Shown here: positions 53,162-62,695 of the stretch, piece by piece
Numbering within the stretch: position 1 is the first letter of the stretch
Layout of the letters: every line of letters begins with the position of its first letter
Virus record (IMG/VR): IMGVR_UViG_3300013006_000027
Coordinates: 1-64,000 of that record
Origin: a virus
Direction: 5' to 3' (one strand)
DNA length: 64,000 bases
The notes under the pieces: model-generated
What the model saw: the letters and a program-made list of their open reading frames with translations, nothing else
Told to the model about the DNA's origin: nothing
Database searches by the model: none
Made by a program: the position numbers and the translations under genes

Positions 53162-53841
53162 TAGTAGAAAAATTTAAATATACTGCCCTTGATAGGGCCA
53201 CTGTAGATGGTAGTCGTAAGTATGCTACTCCAGATGGTGAAAAACTCCCTAGTGTTACAACTATATTAGATGCAACTAAGACTGAAGAATCCAAACAGGC
53301 TTTGCAAAATTGGAGAAATAGAGTAGGGCATAAACAAGCTCAAGCTATTACTACTGAGGCTGCAAGTCGAGGTACTAGAATGCACAAATGGTTAGAAAAC
53401 TATATAAAAACAGGTGCTACTGGAGAACCAGGTAGTAATCCATATAGTTTACAAAGCCATCAAATGGCTCATAGTATCATTAGCCAAGGATTAGTAAAGT
53501 GTAACGAGTTTTGGGGCACAGAGGTTTCCTTATACTATCCAAAAATATATGCAGGTACTACTGACTTAGTGGGCCTACATGAAGGTAGCGAGGCTATTAT
53601 GGATCATAAACAAACTAATAAGCCTAAAAAACGTGAATGGATTGATGATTATTTCATTCAATTAGCCGCTTATGCCGCAGCACATGACGAACTATATGGA
53701 ACTAAAATCCGTAAAGGTGTTGTGTTTATGTGTAGCCAAGACAATCAATACCAAGAATTCATTGTAGAAGGCAGTGAATTTGACAAATATTCTGATTTGT
53801 GGTTCAAGCGAGTAGAACAATATTATATGAAGTTCATTTAA
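53158..53841 (+). CDS. PD-(D/E)XK exonuclease
   Basis: LPSVTTIL, RGT.MH, E..LY, YAGTTD, IMDHK, QLAAYA. Confidence 0.85.
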   Translation: MIVEKFKYTALDRATVDGSRKYATPDGEKLPSVTTILDATKTEESKQALQNWRNRVGHKQAQAITTEAASRGTRMHKWLENYIKTGATGEPGSNPYSLQSHQMAHSIISQGLVKCNEFWGTEVSLYYPKIYAGTTDLVGLHEGSEAIMDHKQTNKPKKREWIDDYFIQLAAYAAAHDELYGTKIRKGVVFMCSQDNQYQEFIVEGSEFDKYSDLWFKRVEQYYMKFI

Positions 53842-53894
53842 CTGTCATCAAGGTATTAAGATAAATAATTGTGATACATTAACTAATCACAATT

Positions 53895-56357
53895 ATGGCC
53901 ATAATACAAATCTCAAAAATACAGCAGCGTTCAGGTAATATCGTTGATTTACCTCAACTTGACGAAGCAGAATTTGGTTTTGCATCTGATGTAAAAAAAC
54001 TTTATATAGGTAAAGAATCACCCACTGAAAACATAGAGATACTTACATCTTATTCAAATATCAGCTTTAGTCAAATTGAAGGAGCATGCCAAAGTAATTT
54101 AAATATTGACTGTGCTAATGTAGCTAACGGACAAGTATTGACCTTTACTGGAACTGAATGGACTAATCGTGGTGGAAATCTAGGTGGTTTAATAACATTG
54201 GGCAATGCCGCTGATGTTAAACTTACAGGTGGTCAAGAAAACTATTCACTGATAACAGATGGAACCGGTAATTTATCTTGGGCACCTACTACTGCAATTA
54301 TTGCTACTATTCAAAACGTTACTCAATCAAATCCGGCTGTTGTTACTACCGCAGATAATAATTTTTTTACTAGTGGAGCTCAAATAACGATCACTAACGT
54401 AACAGGGATGACTGAGTTAAATGGTAATACTTATTATGCAAATGTTTTAACAGCAAATACACTTGCATTGTATGCTGATAGATATTTAACTTCCGGTATT
54501 AATTCAACAAGCTATGGTAAATTTCCATTCGCTAATGTAACTGCTACAACAGCAGGCACTAATTACATAACAGTAGCTAATTCAGTACCATTTACAATTA
54601 ATGCTCCTGTAGTATTCACAGGAAATACATTTGGTAATATAACTGCAAATATAATTTATTATGTTCAAGCAGTTCCAACTCCAACTGCAATGGTTATTAC
54701 TACCGCAATAGGAGGTACTCCAGTACCACTTACTACTGCTTCAGGCTCGTGTGGTGTTTATGTAACAGGTGGAAGAATTATTTCTTCTGTCAGCGGAGGT
54801 GCCAGTAACGGAGCAGCCGGTGGATCAAACACTACAGTTCAATATAACCTTACTGGACAATTAGATGGTAATTTAAATTTTACATATGATTACCTTACTA
54901 GTAATTTAACATTAACTGGAAATGCAAATGTTAGTAATTTATTAGTTACAGGTAATGCTCAAATTGATGGGGATTTAGTAGTTAATGGTAATACAACATC
55001 AATTAACGTTACTACATTAAATGTTGAAGATCCTATTATATCATTGGGTAGAGGACCTAATAATACACCACTAACAGGAAATGACGGAAAAGATCGTGGT
55101 GAACAACTTTGGTATTACACAACTTCAGAAAAAGCTGCTTTTATTGGATTTCAAAACAGTACTGGAAACTTTTTAGCGGCTACTGATGTAACAATTACGA
55201 ATGAAATAGTTTCTGTAAATAGTTATGGTAATTTTATACTTGGAAATGTGTATGGTATTAATTTTGTTGCATCAGCTAATGCAGCAATTAACGGAGGTTC
55301 CATAACTTCTACCTCGGCAAACTTTAATTTATTACCTACATCTACTACAGTTAATATTGCTGCTAGCGGAACAGCGGTTAATATTGGAGCTAGTATAGGC
55401 GTTACTAACGTTCTCAATAACTTAGATGTTAATGGCAATGTTAACATTGATGGTGGTAATTTAACAGTAAGTACAAGTACATTTAATCTAGCCAACGCTA
55501 ATGCCACAACAATTAATTTTGGTGGTGATGCATCTAATATTAATATTGGTAATACCAATGCAGGTAATACTACAATTAAAAATAATTTAGTAGTCAATGG
55601 TAATACTACTGTATTAGGATACTTGGCTCCTAGTACAGGTAATTCTAGCACAACTGGTATAATATTTCCCGCTGATCCCGGCGGTGGTACAGGAGACATA
55701 GCTAAGATTCAATATTATGCAGTGACAGGTGAGCAAACTGAGTTACTGATTTCTGTTGGTAATGAATCTACCGATAATATTACACTTACTGCTTCTGGTA
55801 TAGTTAACATAACTAATTCTATGTATGTCGGTGGTAATGCTAATGTCGCAGGTAATACTAATATCACAGGTAATGCTAACGTTGGTAACCTTATTACTAC
55901 TGTAATAACAACAGGCGCTAGTGGAACAGCAGGGACAATAACAGGTAATTGGACATTAACTTCGGGATCTAGATTAGAAGCTACTTATGCTGACTTAGCT
56001 GAGTATTATGTCGCTGATTTTGATTATGAACCAGGCACAGTATTAGAATTTGGTGGAGAATTTGAAGTAACTATAGCTGAAGACAGCACACCGCGCGTAG
56101 CAGGTGTAGTTAGTACAGATCCTGCTTATGTAATGAATTCTTCGTGTGAAGGTGAACACATTGTAGCATTGGCTCTCCAAGGACGCGTTCCTACAAAAGT
56201 CCGCGGCGCTATTAAGAAAGGAGATATGCTTATTAGTGGTGGTGAAGGTTATGCAAAACCTAGTCCTACACCTATCATAGGGACAGTGATAGGTAAAGCA
56301 TTAGAAAACTTTGACGGAATCGAAGGCGTCATTGAAGTCGCAGTCGGAAGATTATAA
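53895..56357 (+). CDS. tail fibre/spike-like structural protein
   Basis: N/T/G-rich beta repeats (GNANV), TQSNPAVVT...GMTELNG domain, C-terminal ADLAEYY...GVVST.PAY...GRVP.KV domain. Confidence 0.78.
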   Translation: MAIIQISKIQQRSGNIVDLPQLDEAEFGFASDVKKLYIGKESPTENIEILTSYSNISFSQIEGACQSNLNIDCANVANGQVLTFTGTEWTNRGGNLGGLITLGNAADVKLTGGQENYSLITDGTGNLSWAPTTAIIATIQNVTQSNPAVVTTADNNFFTSGAQITITNVTGMTELNGNTYYANVLTANTLALYADRYLTSGINSTSYGKFPFANVTATTAGTNYITVANSVPFTINAPVVFTGNTFGNITANIIYYVQAVPTPTAMVITTAIGGTPVPLTTASGSCGVYVTGGRIISSVSGGASNGAAGGSNTTVQYNLTGQLDGNLNFTYDYLTSNLTLTGNANVSNLLVTGNAQIDGDLVVNGNTTSINVTTLNVEDPIISLGRGPNNTPLTGNDGKDRGEQLWYYTTSEKAAFIGFQNSTGNFLAATDVTITNEIVSVNSYGNFILGNVYGINFVASANAAINGGSITSTSANFNLLPTSTTVNIAASGTAVNIGASIGVTNVLNNLDVNGNVNIDGGNLTVSTSTFNLANANATTINFGGDASNINIGNTNAGNTTIKNNLVVNGNTTVLGYLAPSTGNSSTTGIIFPADPGGGTGDIAKIQYYAVTGEQTELLISVGNESTDNITLTASGIVNITNSMYVGGNANVAGNTNITGNANVGNLITTVITTGASGTAGTITGNWTLTSGSRLEATYADLAEYYVADFDYEPGTVLEFGGEFEVTIAEDSTPRVAGVVSTDPAYVMNSSCEGEHIVALALQGRVPTKVRGAIKKGDMLISGGEGYAKPSPTPIIGTVIGKALENFDGIEGVIEVAVGRL

Positions 56358-56370
56358 TAGGAAAAACAAA

Positions 56371-56889
56371 ATGGCATCATATGTATATACGGGAAATTTA
56401 GTATCACAACAATCAGCTAACATTGCTACTGACAAGATTAGAATATCAACTACTGGCACTGGTATTCATGCTGTTACCGGTTATCCTAGAGTAGCTGGTA
56501 CTGGTACAGCAACGGCAGCAACTAACAGTGTAACAGTTACTGGAGTTGGAACAGCATTTAACACTCAACTTGAAGTTGGTGCTTGGATAGGTAATACAAC
56601 CGGAACAACAGTTGGAATAGTGTCAAGTATTGCAAACGCTACTAGCTTAACATTAACTGCTAATGCAGGAGTAGCACTGTCAAATGTTGCATACACTTTC
56701 AATAATGCAGGAGTTCCCTACGCAATCGCCACACAACAGTCACAAATTTTCCCACACCAATCCCAGTTTAATACTGTTTATTGTGGTCAAGGTAATGTAG
56801 TAGCATTTCTTACAACAGGTGGCGGTGCAGGAACTGAATTCAGTATTACTGAATTAGGTATGCCTCACGCGGTTACCGGTACAGAATAA
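56371..56889 (+). CDS. virion structural protein
   Basis: Start trimmed to MASYVYT after AGGA; VTGVGTAF...I...TSLTL tail-protein motif. Confidence 0.7.
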   Translation: MASYVYTGNLVSQQSANIATDKIRISTTGTGIHAVTGYPRVAGTGTATAATNSVTVTGVGTAFNTQLEVGAWIGNTTGTTVGIVSSIANATSLTLTANAGVALSNVAYTFNNAGVPYAIATQQSQIFPHQSQFNTVYCGQGNVVAFLTTGGGAGTEFSITELGMPHAVTGTE

Positions 56890-57096
56890 TTATTCTTTTA
56901 CTCGCCATCCTTTTACCATACGGTGTCTCTCGTGGATCATATTAGATATGTGTCCACTCGGGAGATTATATTTTTCTATTAATTTAGTCCTAGTACAGTT
57001 CTCAATAAGACCGGTAATATGATAAAATTCATAGATTGTAGGGTCAGATAAGTTAACTCTCACTTTTTCTCTTGTAAATTTATGCATGTTGTTCAT
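56890..57096 (-). pseudogene. homing-endonuclease C-terminal (NUMOD1-like) remnant
   Basis: DPTIYEFYH.TG..E.CTR..L..KYNL..GHIS.MI.......KGWR; no nuclease domain. Confidence 0.55.
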
Positions 57097-57109
57097 TTTT
57101 TGGTAAAAT

Positions 57110-57201
57110 GATAAATATATTTACATAGCACAATACGGTGCTTCGTAATGATAACTCATTAACGGCGGTTAGAACCCGCAACCCATATTAGGAGAAATCA
57201 A
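57110..57201 (+). promoter_or_regulatory. late promoter plus structured three-hairpin leader
   Basis: GATAAATA; AGCAC/GTGCT, CGTAATGA/TCATTAACG, GCGG/CCGC; AGGAG. Confidence 0.55.
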
Positions 57202-58638
57202 ATGGGACGCCCTTTAAAAATCGCAAAGGCTCAAACAGTCTTAACAATTACTGACACAGCAACAGCAGGTAGTGTCGTTACAATATCAGGTGGAAATTTA
57301 ACAACTTCACCCACAGTCGGTGTAACATCTGGTATGTCATTTGTACCTGCATCAAGTATCAGTGGTTTAGTAGCTAACACAATATATTATGTTGATACTA
57401 TTTTATCAAATACCACATTCAGCGTTTCAACAACTCAACTAAGTGTTCAACCACGTGTAATGGCTACATTAACTAATTCAACAGGTGGCACGGTTAGCGC
57501 ATCATTTAATGTGGTTGATGCTTACTTCAACAATCCATTAGGTGGCACTGGTTTTCCGACAACAAACAGTAATACATATTCTGTAGTTGGTGGTAATACA
57601 GCTATTATTGGACCACAAGTACTAGCACAAGTTGCTATCGGTATCAATGGCACCGGTACTCTATATTCTACTAGTGGTAACGCAACCGTATTTGGTGTTG
57701 GTACTGATCTTGCTAACACATTATCTGTAGGTTCTGCAATTCAAGTAGGAGTTGCCAACATCAATGGTTCTACTGATTATGTTAATTTAGGATTTGCTGC
57801 TACACTTTCGGGATATGCAAATATTGAAATTTCCAATGCTACTGCTACAGGTAATTTCTTAACAACAGTTGGCAATGCTCAAACATTGTTCGCAAGTAAA
57901 CCAGTTGTATTGACAGCTAACATCGGTGGTTTGGCAGCTGGCACAACATACTTTGTTAATACAATTTCCAACGCGGCCGCATTCAGCGTATCTTCCTATG
58001 TAGGTGGTGCTAACGTTCCATTAACGAATCAAAATGCCACTTCTTATGCTGTACAAGATCGTGTGATATTATCAACTACTGCTGCCACTTCTTATGCAAA
58101 TGTACCATTCGTTTATGCAAATGATGAAGCTGGTTACATTGTACGTCAAAAAGGTAAGCAAAAGTACTTAGTAAAAGGCGGAACAACTGGTTTAACAGCA
58201 CAATGTTTAACAGCAAACGTTGCAAATACAGCATTGACACCAAATTCTATGCGTATTCTTGCTACATATGCTAACTCAACCACTCAAACAGTTCAGTATC
58301 TTTCTGATCACAATGCAGGATTGTTTACTGCTAGTTCTAGTCCTATTGCAACAGCTAATATTGTATCTGCCGGACAACCAACTGGTAACTTGGGATATAT
58401 CAACACAGCTCCAGTAATTGCAACATTCAATAGTGCGGTAACTACCGTAACTGCTGGATCGTTTGTTGTCGGAGTAGCTTATGTTATTGTATCACTTGGT
58501 GATACTGACTGGGCGGCAGTAGGTGCAAATAATGCATCTGTAGGAGCAATCTTCACTGCAACCGGTGTTGGCTCTGGTACAGGTACGGTGTCTATCGCCG
58601 GTGCAATTGGTCCAATCGTAACCATAGCTAACGCATAA
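57202..58638 (+). CDS. virion structural protein
   Basis: MGRPLK start, YIVRQKG..KYLV motif, T/A/N/G-rich. Confidence 0.75.
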   Translation: MGRPLKIAKAQTVLTITDTATAGSVVTISGGNLTTSPTVGVTSGMSFVPASSISGLVANTIYYVDTILSNTTFSVSTTQLSVQPRVMATLTNSTGGTVSASFNVVDAYFNNPLGGTGFPTTNSNTYSVVGGNTAIIGPQVLAQVAIGINGTGTLYSTSGNATVFGVGTDLANTLSVGSAIQVGVANINGSTDYVNLGFAATLSGYANIEISNATATGNFLTTVGNAQTLFASKPVVLTANIGGLAAGTTYFVNTISNAAAFSVSSYVGGANVPLTNQNATSYAVQDRVILSTTAATSYANVPFVYANDEAGYIVRQKGKQKYLVKGGTTGLTAQCLTANVANTALTPNSMRILATYANSTTQTVQYLSDHNAGLFTASSSPIATANIVSAGQPTGNLGYINTAPVIATFNSAVTTVTAGSFVVGVAYVIVSLGDTDWAAVGANNASVGAIFTATGVGSGTGTVSIAGAIGPIVTIANA

Positions 58639-58949
58639 TGGCTATTATAAAAATGACTAAAGCGCAGCAAGTTGAGACTGAAATCGCTGTGCTTCAAGTT
58701 CAAGTTAATAACATTGAAACAAAAATCAATGACATTAAGGAGAGCTTGAAGGAAGTGCATGATTGCGTTCATTTAAACGCTGAGGAAACTCAGCGTTTAA
58801 TTAAAGAATTGCAAGAGTCTAACGAGAAGTCTCATAAAACATTATCTGAAAAGGTCACTGCTTTAGAGAAATGGAGATGGATGTTAATGGGCGCCGGCGT
58901 TGTTATTGGATCTATTGGATTCGATTCTTTAGCAAAATTGCTGAAATAA
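58638..58949 (+). CDS. coiled-coil protein with C-terminal TM (XhlA/holin-like)
   Basis: Heptad repeats then LEKWRWMLMGAGVVIG. Confidence 0.6.
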   Translation: MAIIKMTKAQQVETEIAVLQVQVNNIETKINDIKESLKEVHDCVHLNAEETQRLIKELQESNEKSHKTLSEKVTALEKWRWMLMGAGVVIGSIGFDSLAKLLK

Positions 58950-58975
58950 AAAAGAGAGACTTAGGTCTCTCTTTT
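58950..58975. terminator. bidirectional terminator between convergent blocks
   Basis: aaaagagagac-ttag-gtctctctttt. Confidence 0.8.
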
Positions 58976-59374
58976 CGTAAGTGCATATAATTTTGATTGT
59001 ACAATATCAAAATTAACCGTACTAAATAATCCAGGATGTAATGGTTTAGGATATTGATTTCCTCCGACCCAAGCATATCCACAATGTTCTTCGTTTAGTA
59101 TAGGAATAAATTCTTCTGTTACTGAACAAAAAAATGTGTGATAAGTAAAGGCTTTGTTTACGAATTTTTGTATTGGAATCAGTTTAATGTTTTCAGGAAA
59201 GTAGTTAATCTCTTCTAAACATTCACGTTCTAAACCTTCTAATAGAGTCTCACTTTCTTCAATTTTGCCACCGGGTATACCCCAGTTACCTAAATTTTTA
59301 GGATCTGTTCTAAGAAGATAAAAGAATCTGTCAGTACTTGAACAATAGAAAAATACACCTGCTGATTGGTTCAT
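58961..59374 (-). CDS. NUDIX hydrolase
   Basis: WGIPGGKIEESETLLEGLERECLEEI Nudix box. Confidence 0.9.
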   Translation of the reverse strand: MNQSAGVFFYCSSTDRFFYLLRTDPKNLGNWGIPGGKIEESETLLEGLERECLEEINYFPENIKLIPIQKFVNKAFTYHTFFCSVTEEFIPILNEEHCGYAWVGGNQYPKPLHPGLFSTVNFDIVQSKLYALTKRET

Positions 59375-60741
59375 ATTACTATAGAATAGTCACCTTGATC
59401 ATACCATCCATCTACTGATTTCATCCAAGCTCCATTAATGTATCTATACTGAATATTTGTTGTAAGATTTGTAACGTATTCTACTGTAGTAGAAGTATTA
59501 CTATCAAAAGATACATACCATTGACCTAAACTAGAACTATATTCAATAATGTCATTAGCCGCTGCTACTAAATTTCCCCAAGCTACTGTACTACTACCCG
59601 GTGCACCAATATCTTCGACAATTAAATACCTAACACCATTAATAGGACCTGGTAAGCCTGCATTTGGTCCTGAAGTAAGAGGGTTAACTACACTATAAAC
59701 AGGATCTAACGTATTTTGCGGAAGTGTGTCTGGATCGATATTATAAATTAGTAACCTATCATCAAGTGGATCAGGTACAATAGTACCAACTATGTCAGTT
59801 GACATATATGGATTTTGTAACCATATTTGTGATATGCCAGGTCTTACCGTACCGTAGACATTTAATAAACTTGACCAATACAATGAAGTATTTGGATTTG
59901 TTGGATTGTCTAAATCACTATTAGGAGGATTAAATGGTTGATTAGCAGGTAGTATTTGTAATGTATTGTTTATTAATAGAACTTTGTAACCATATGGCGT
60001 AATTTTTTGTCTGGTCCCTAATAAGAACTCGTCATTTTGCATATCTTCTAATGCAGCGCCCGTATAAATTGAAGCAATGATCTTATGTATAACACCCATT
60101 TTCTTCAACTTAGCAGGCGGAGTTAGCCACACCGGCATGTAAAATTTCCAAGTCATTACATCTATTGGATTATTAGTTCCTTGTGGAATTGATCTACTAG
60201 AGAAAGTTAATCCATCTTGAAATACTGCACTCAACGATGTCCAATCAATATAATTGTCTGTACTTTGAATCTCTAGTGCTGGATTAAACAGTGTACCCAA
60301 TTGTTCTAACAATTCTAATTTTTGATTGTAATTAGTAGTCCAAAAATCTACATTAATTCGTAATGTATATGGAACTGGCATTATTCTTTCAACTGTAAAT
60401 GCTTGCCCTTGAGTAGAATCATAACTTTGAGTTTCTGAATTATATGCTCTTTGTCTTACGTTTATTTTATCAACAAATGTAGGATCTTGAGTCCATCTTT
60501 GATTATATTCCAATCCAGATATATAGTATGTTATTAATGGTGCAGATGGTAAATTACTTGCACTATTATCAGCAATGATAGTAGCGGCTTGTCTACTGCT
60601 ATCACCATACATAATAGGGACTCTAACTAGTATAGGATTTCCTGAAGGATCTTTCCCCTTAGTAACATACCATGAACTGAAAATTTTTGCAAATTGAATT
60701 AAAAATCTTCGTATTTGCTGATCGTAGAAAAATTGTGCCAT
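59371..60741 (-). CDS. tail terminator / sheath stabilizer (T4 gp15-like) with C-terminal extension
   Basis: FFYD.QIRR...F..IFS, VPI.YG, PVPY.L, Q...LLEQ...FNP. Confidence 0.78.
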   Translation of the reverse strand: MAQFFYDQQIRRFLIQFAKIFSSWYVTKGKDPSGNPILVRVPIMYGDSSRQAATIIADNSASNLPSAPLITYYISGLEYNQRWTQDPTFVDKINVRQRAYNSETQSYDSTQGQAFTVERIMPVPYTLRINVDFWTTNYNQKLELLEQLGTLFNPALEIQSTDNYIDWTSLSAVFQDGLTFSSRSIPQGTNNPIDVMTWKFYMPVWLTPPAKLKKMGVIHKIIASIYTGAALEDMQNDEFLLGTRQKITPYGYKVLLINNTLQILPANQPFNPPNSDLDNPTNPNTSLYWSSLLNVYGTVRPGISQIWLQNPYMSTDIVGTIVPDPLDDRLLIYNIDPDTLPQNTLDPVYSVVNPLTSGPNAGLPGPINGVRYLIVEDIGAPGSSTVAWGNLVAAANDIIEYSSSLGQWYVSFDSNTSTTVEYVTNLTTNIQYRYINGAWMKSVDGWYDQGDYSIVI

Positions 60742-60744
60742 GTA

Positions 60745-62595
60745 TTAAACTTTTGGTGGTAGTGGGTCAGGGGCAATTTGCAATATAGTAGATAGGGCTT
60801 GTTTTTGAGGAATAACAGTACCTGTAGTAGACAAGAATACAGTACTATCATTAATAAATCCTGATAATAATGATTTATCATCTTCAGTAAATCCGGTGTC
60901 TGTTCTTACATTACTAGAAATTCTTACCCATATTTTACCACTCCAACGATATAATATCTGAGGTAAATAATCTATACGTAAAAAATAATCTCCGACTTGT
61001 GGATTTTGCGGAAATGAAATTCCTGATCCAGTTGGAGATGCATTAGTATTTGATACACCCACTGCGCCTAAAGCGTCATTTGCAGTAGCTGCCATATTAG
61101 CAGCTTGGACCGCCCCGACTGAGTTTTCAGGTAATGGGTATAATGGTGGAGTATTAGTAATACCAGTTGATATTCCATTTGGTGCAGAACCATCTCCAGT
61201 CATATAACCAATACTATACCCAAATGATCTCGGAGTTGATCTAGCAATGAATTGAAATCTAGGATCACAATCAGCACGGAAATCCATTTGTTGCGAGACT
61301 GTGCCTGTAAACCCGGGTAATTCAGGGTCTTGATCAGCCGTCGCATAAGTGTTATCAGCAGTACCATATGGTCCTATTATCATACCTGTTGATGTAGCAG
61401 ATAATACCATATCTCCTTGAACTGCCCCCGAACCTGAACCTATTACTTCAGGTGCAATTTCTACTAATTGTAGATTAACTTGCATAAATTTATCAATCGG
61501 AGATACTTCGGGAGCCATATCAACTGTCATATCCCAAATACTTTGTACTACATCTTTTTTAATTCTAATTACTGGACTTGGATTTTTATACTGAGCACTT
61601 GTCATAAGTGAAACTGTGCCTGTTGCAACAGTAGAACCAGTAGATGTGGGTACTAACACTCCTACAGGAGGAGCCGGCTGATTATATTTACCTGATAATT
61701 GCGTATTCGTGTCATATACACCGTATGTAGGAACTATATAAAAATTACTTGTATCATAGCCTGATAATGGTACAATTCTAGCTGCTTCATTAAGATTGGC
61801 ATTATTAATCTCAATGTTTCTATTATAAGTTGCTAATATATCTTTTAGGTTTCTTGACAAATCTAATTCCCAATAATTTGGATCAGGAGGGTTAACTCCG
61901 ATTGGTACTTCTTTTGTAGATATATAATTTTTATCACCATATGTAATTACATATCCCGGCGGATATGTTCTATCTTTATCCCATAGTCCTAAATAATTAT
62001 CCTGATTAATTGGTTCAGTTAATATTTGTGAAAATTCTTCACTATCTACTAGTGGTTCGCATTTGATTCTCCATAAATGCGGATACCAAGTTGGAGAAAA
62101 CCCTTCACTTGCATAGTTACTGTCAGTGATTTGATAAAATCTTTTAAGTGCAGTTGGTATTGTTTCTCTAAGAGGATTATAATCTAATAAGTGTGGTAAT
62201 TCTAATACATCCCCGACCATTAATTTACGACCTACAATTTCAATCATGTCATTGTAATGTACCGTAATAAAGATAATGTCATTGTTTAAAAATAAACCAA
62301 ATTGACTTAAATCAAAATCTAAGTTTTGTACACTGTAATGTCCACGTAACCTATATATACTAGTATCGTAAGTTCTATCTCTGTTTTCTAAGAATAACAA
62401 ATCTTGTATATTATTAGGGTTTAATGCATCATACTGAGGTTGGGTATAATCAATTGATGGACCTTGATCTGTAGGACCTAAATACTTATGAATGTATAAA
62501 TCAGTTCCACCCGCAGTAAATTGTTCGGATATATTCCTATCAAAAAAACGATAATCGTTGGATTTTGTGGTATGGTAAAGTGATAAGCGGGGCAT
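60745..62595 (-). CDS. neck/head-closure protein (T4 gp14-like) with inserted domains
   Basis: LSQFGLF..ND..FIT, GDVLELP; CBM5/12-like W....Y..G..ITY segment; adjacent to the gp15-like gene. Confidence 0.65.
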   Translation of the reverse strand: MPRLSLYHTTKSNDYRFFDRNISEQFTAGGTDLYIHKYLGPTDQGPSIDYTQPQYDALNPNNIQDLLFLENRDRTYDTSIYRLRGHYSVQNLDFDLSQFGLFLNNDIIFITVHYNDMIEIVGRKLMVGDVLELPHLLDYNPLRETIPTALKRFYQITDSNYASEGFSPTWYPHLWRIKCEPLVDSEEFSQILTEPINQDNYLGLWDKDRTYPPGYVITYGDKNYISTKEVPIGVNPPDPNYWELDLSRNLKDILATYNRNIEINNANLNEAARIVPLSGYDTSNFYIVPTYGVYDTNTQLSGKYNQPAPPVGVLVPTSTGSTVATGTVSLMTSAQYKNPSPVIRIKKDVVQSIWDMTVDMAPEVSPIDKFMQVNLQLVEIAPEVIGSGSGAVQGDMVLSATSTGMIIGPYGTADNTYATADQDPELPGFTGTVSQQMDFRADCDPRFQFIARSTPRSFGYSIGYMTGDGSAPNGISTGITNTPPLYPLPENSVGAVQAANMAATANDALGAVGVSNTNASPTGSGISFPQNPQVGDYFLRIDYLPQILYRWSGKIWVRISSNVRTDTGFTEDDKSLLSGFINDSTVFLSTTGTVIPQKQALSTILQIAPDPLPPKV

Positions 62596-62607
62596 ACAGT
62601 ATTTATC

Positions 62608-62667
62608 TGTTGTTTCTGTACAACTAAATATCAGAGGCTTGACAGAAATGCCAAGCTAGTGTAAAAT
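62608..62667 (+). promoter_or_regulatory. early promoter with degenerate upstream palindrome
   Basis: TGTTG-N8-CAACT, 13 nt, TTGACA-17-TAAAAT; AACGGAG RBS downstream. Confidence 0.7.
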
Positions 62668-62695
62668 AAGAAATAATCAAGTTAACGGAGTTAGT

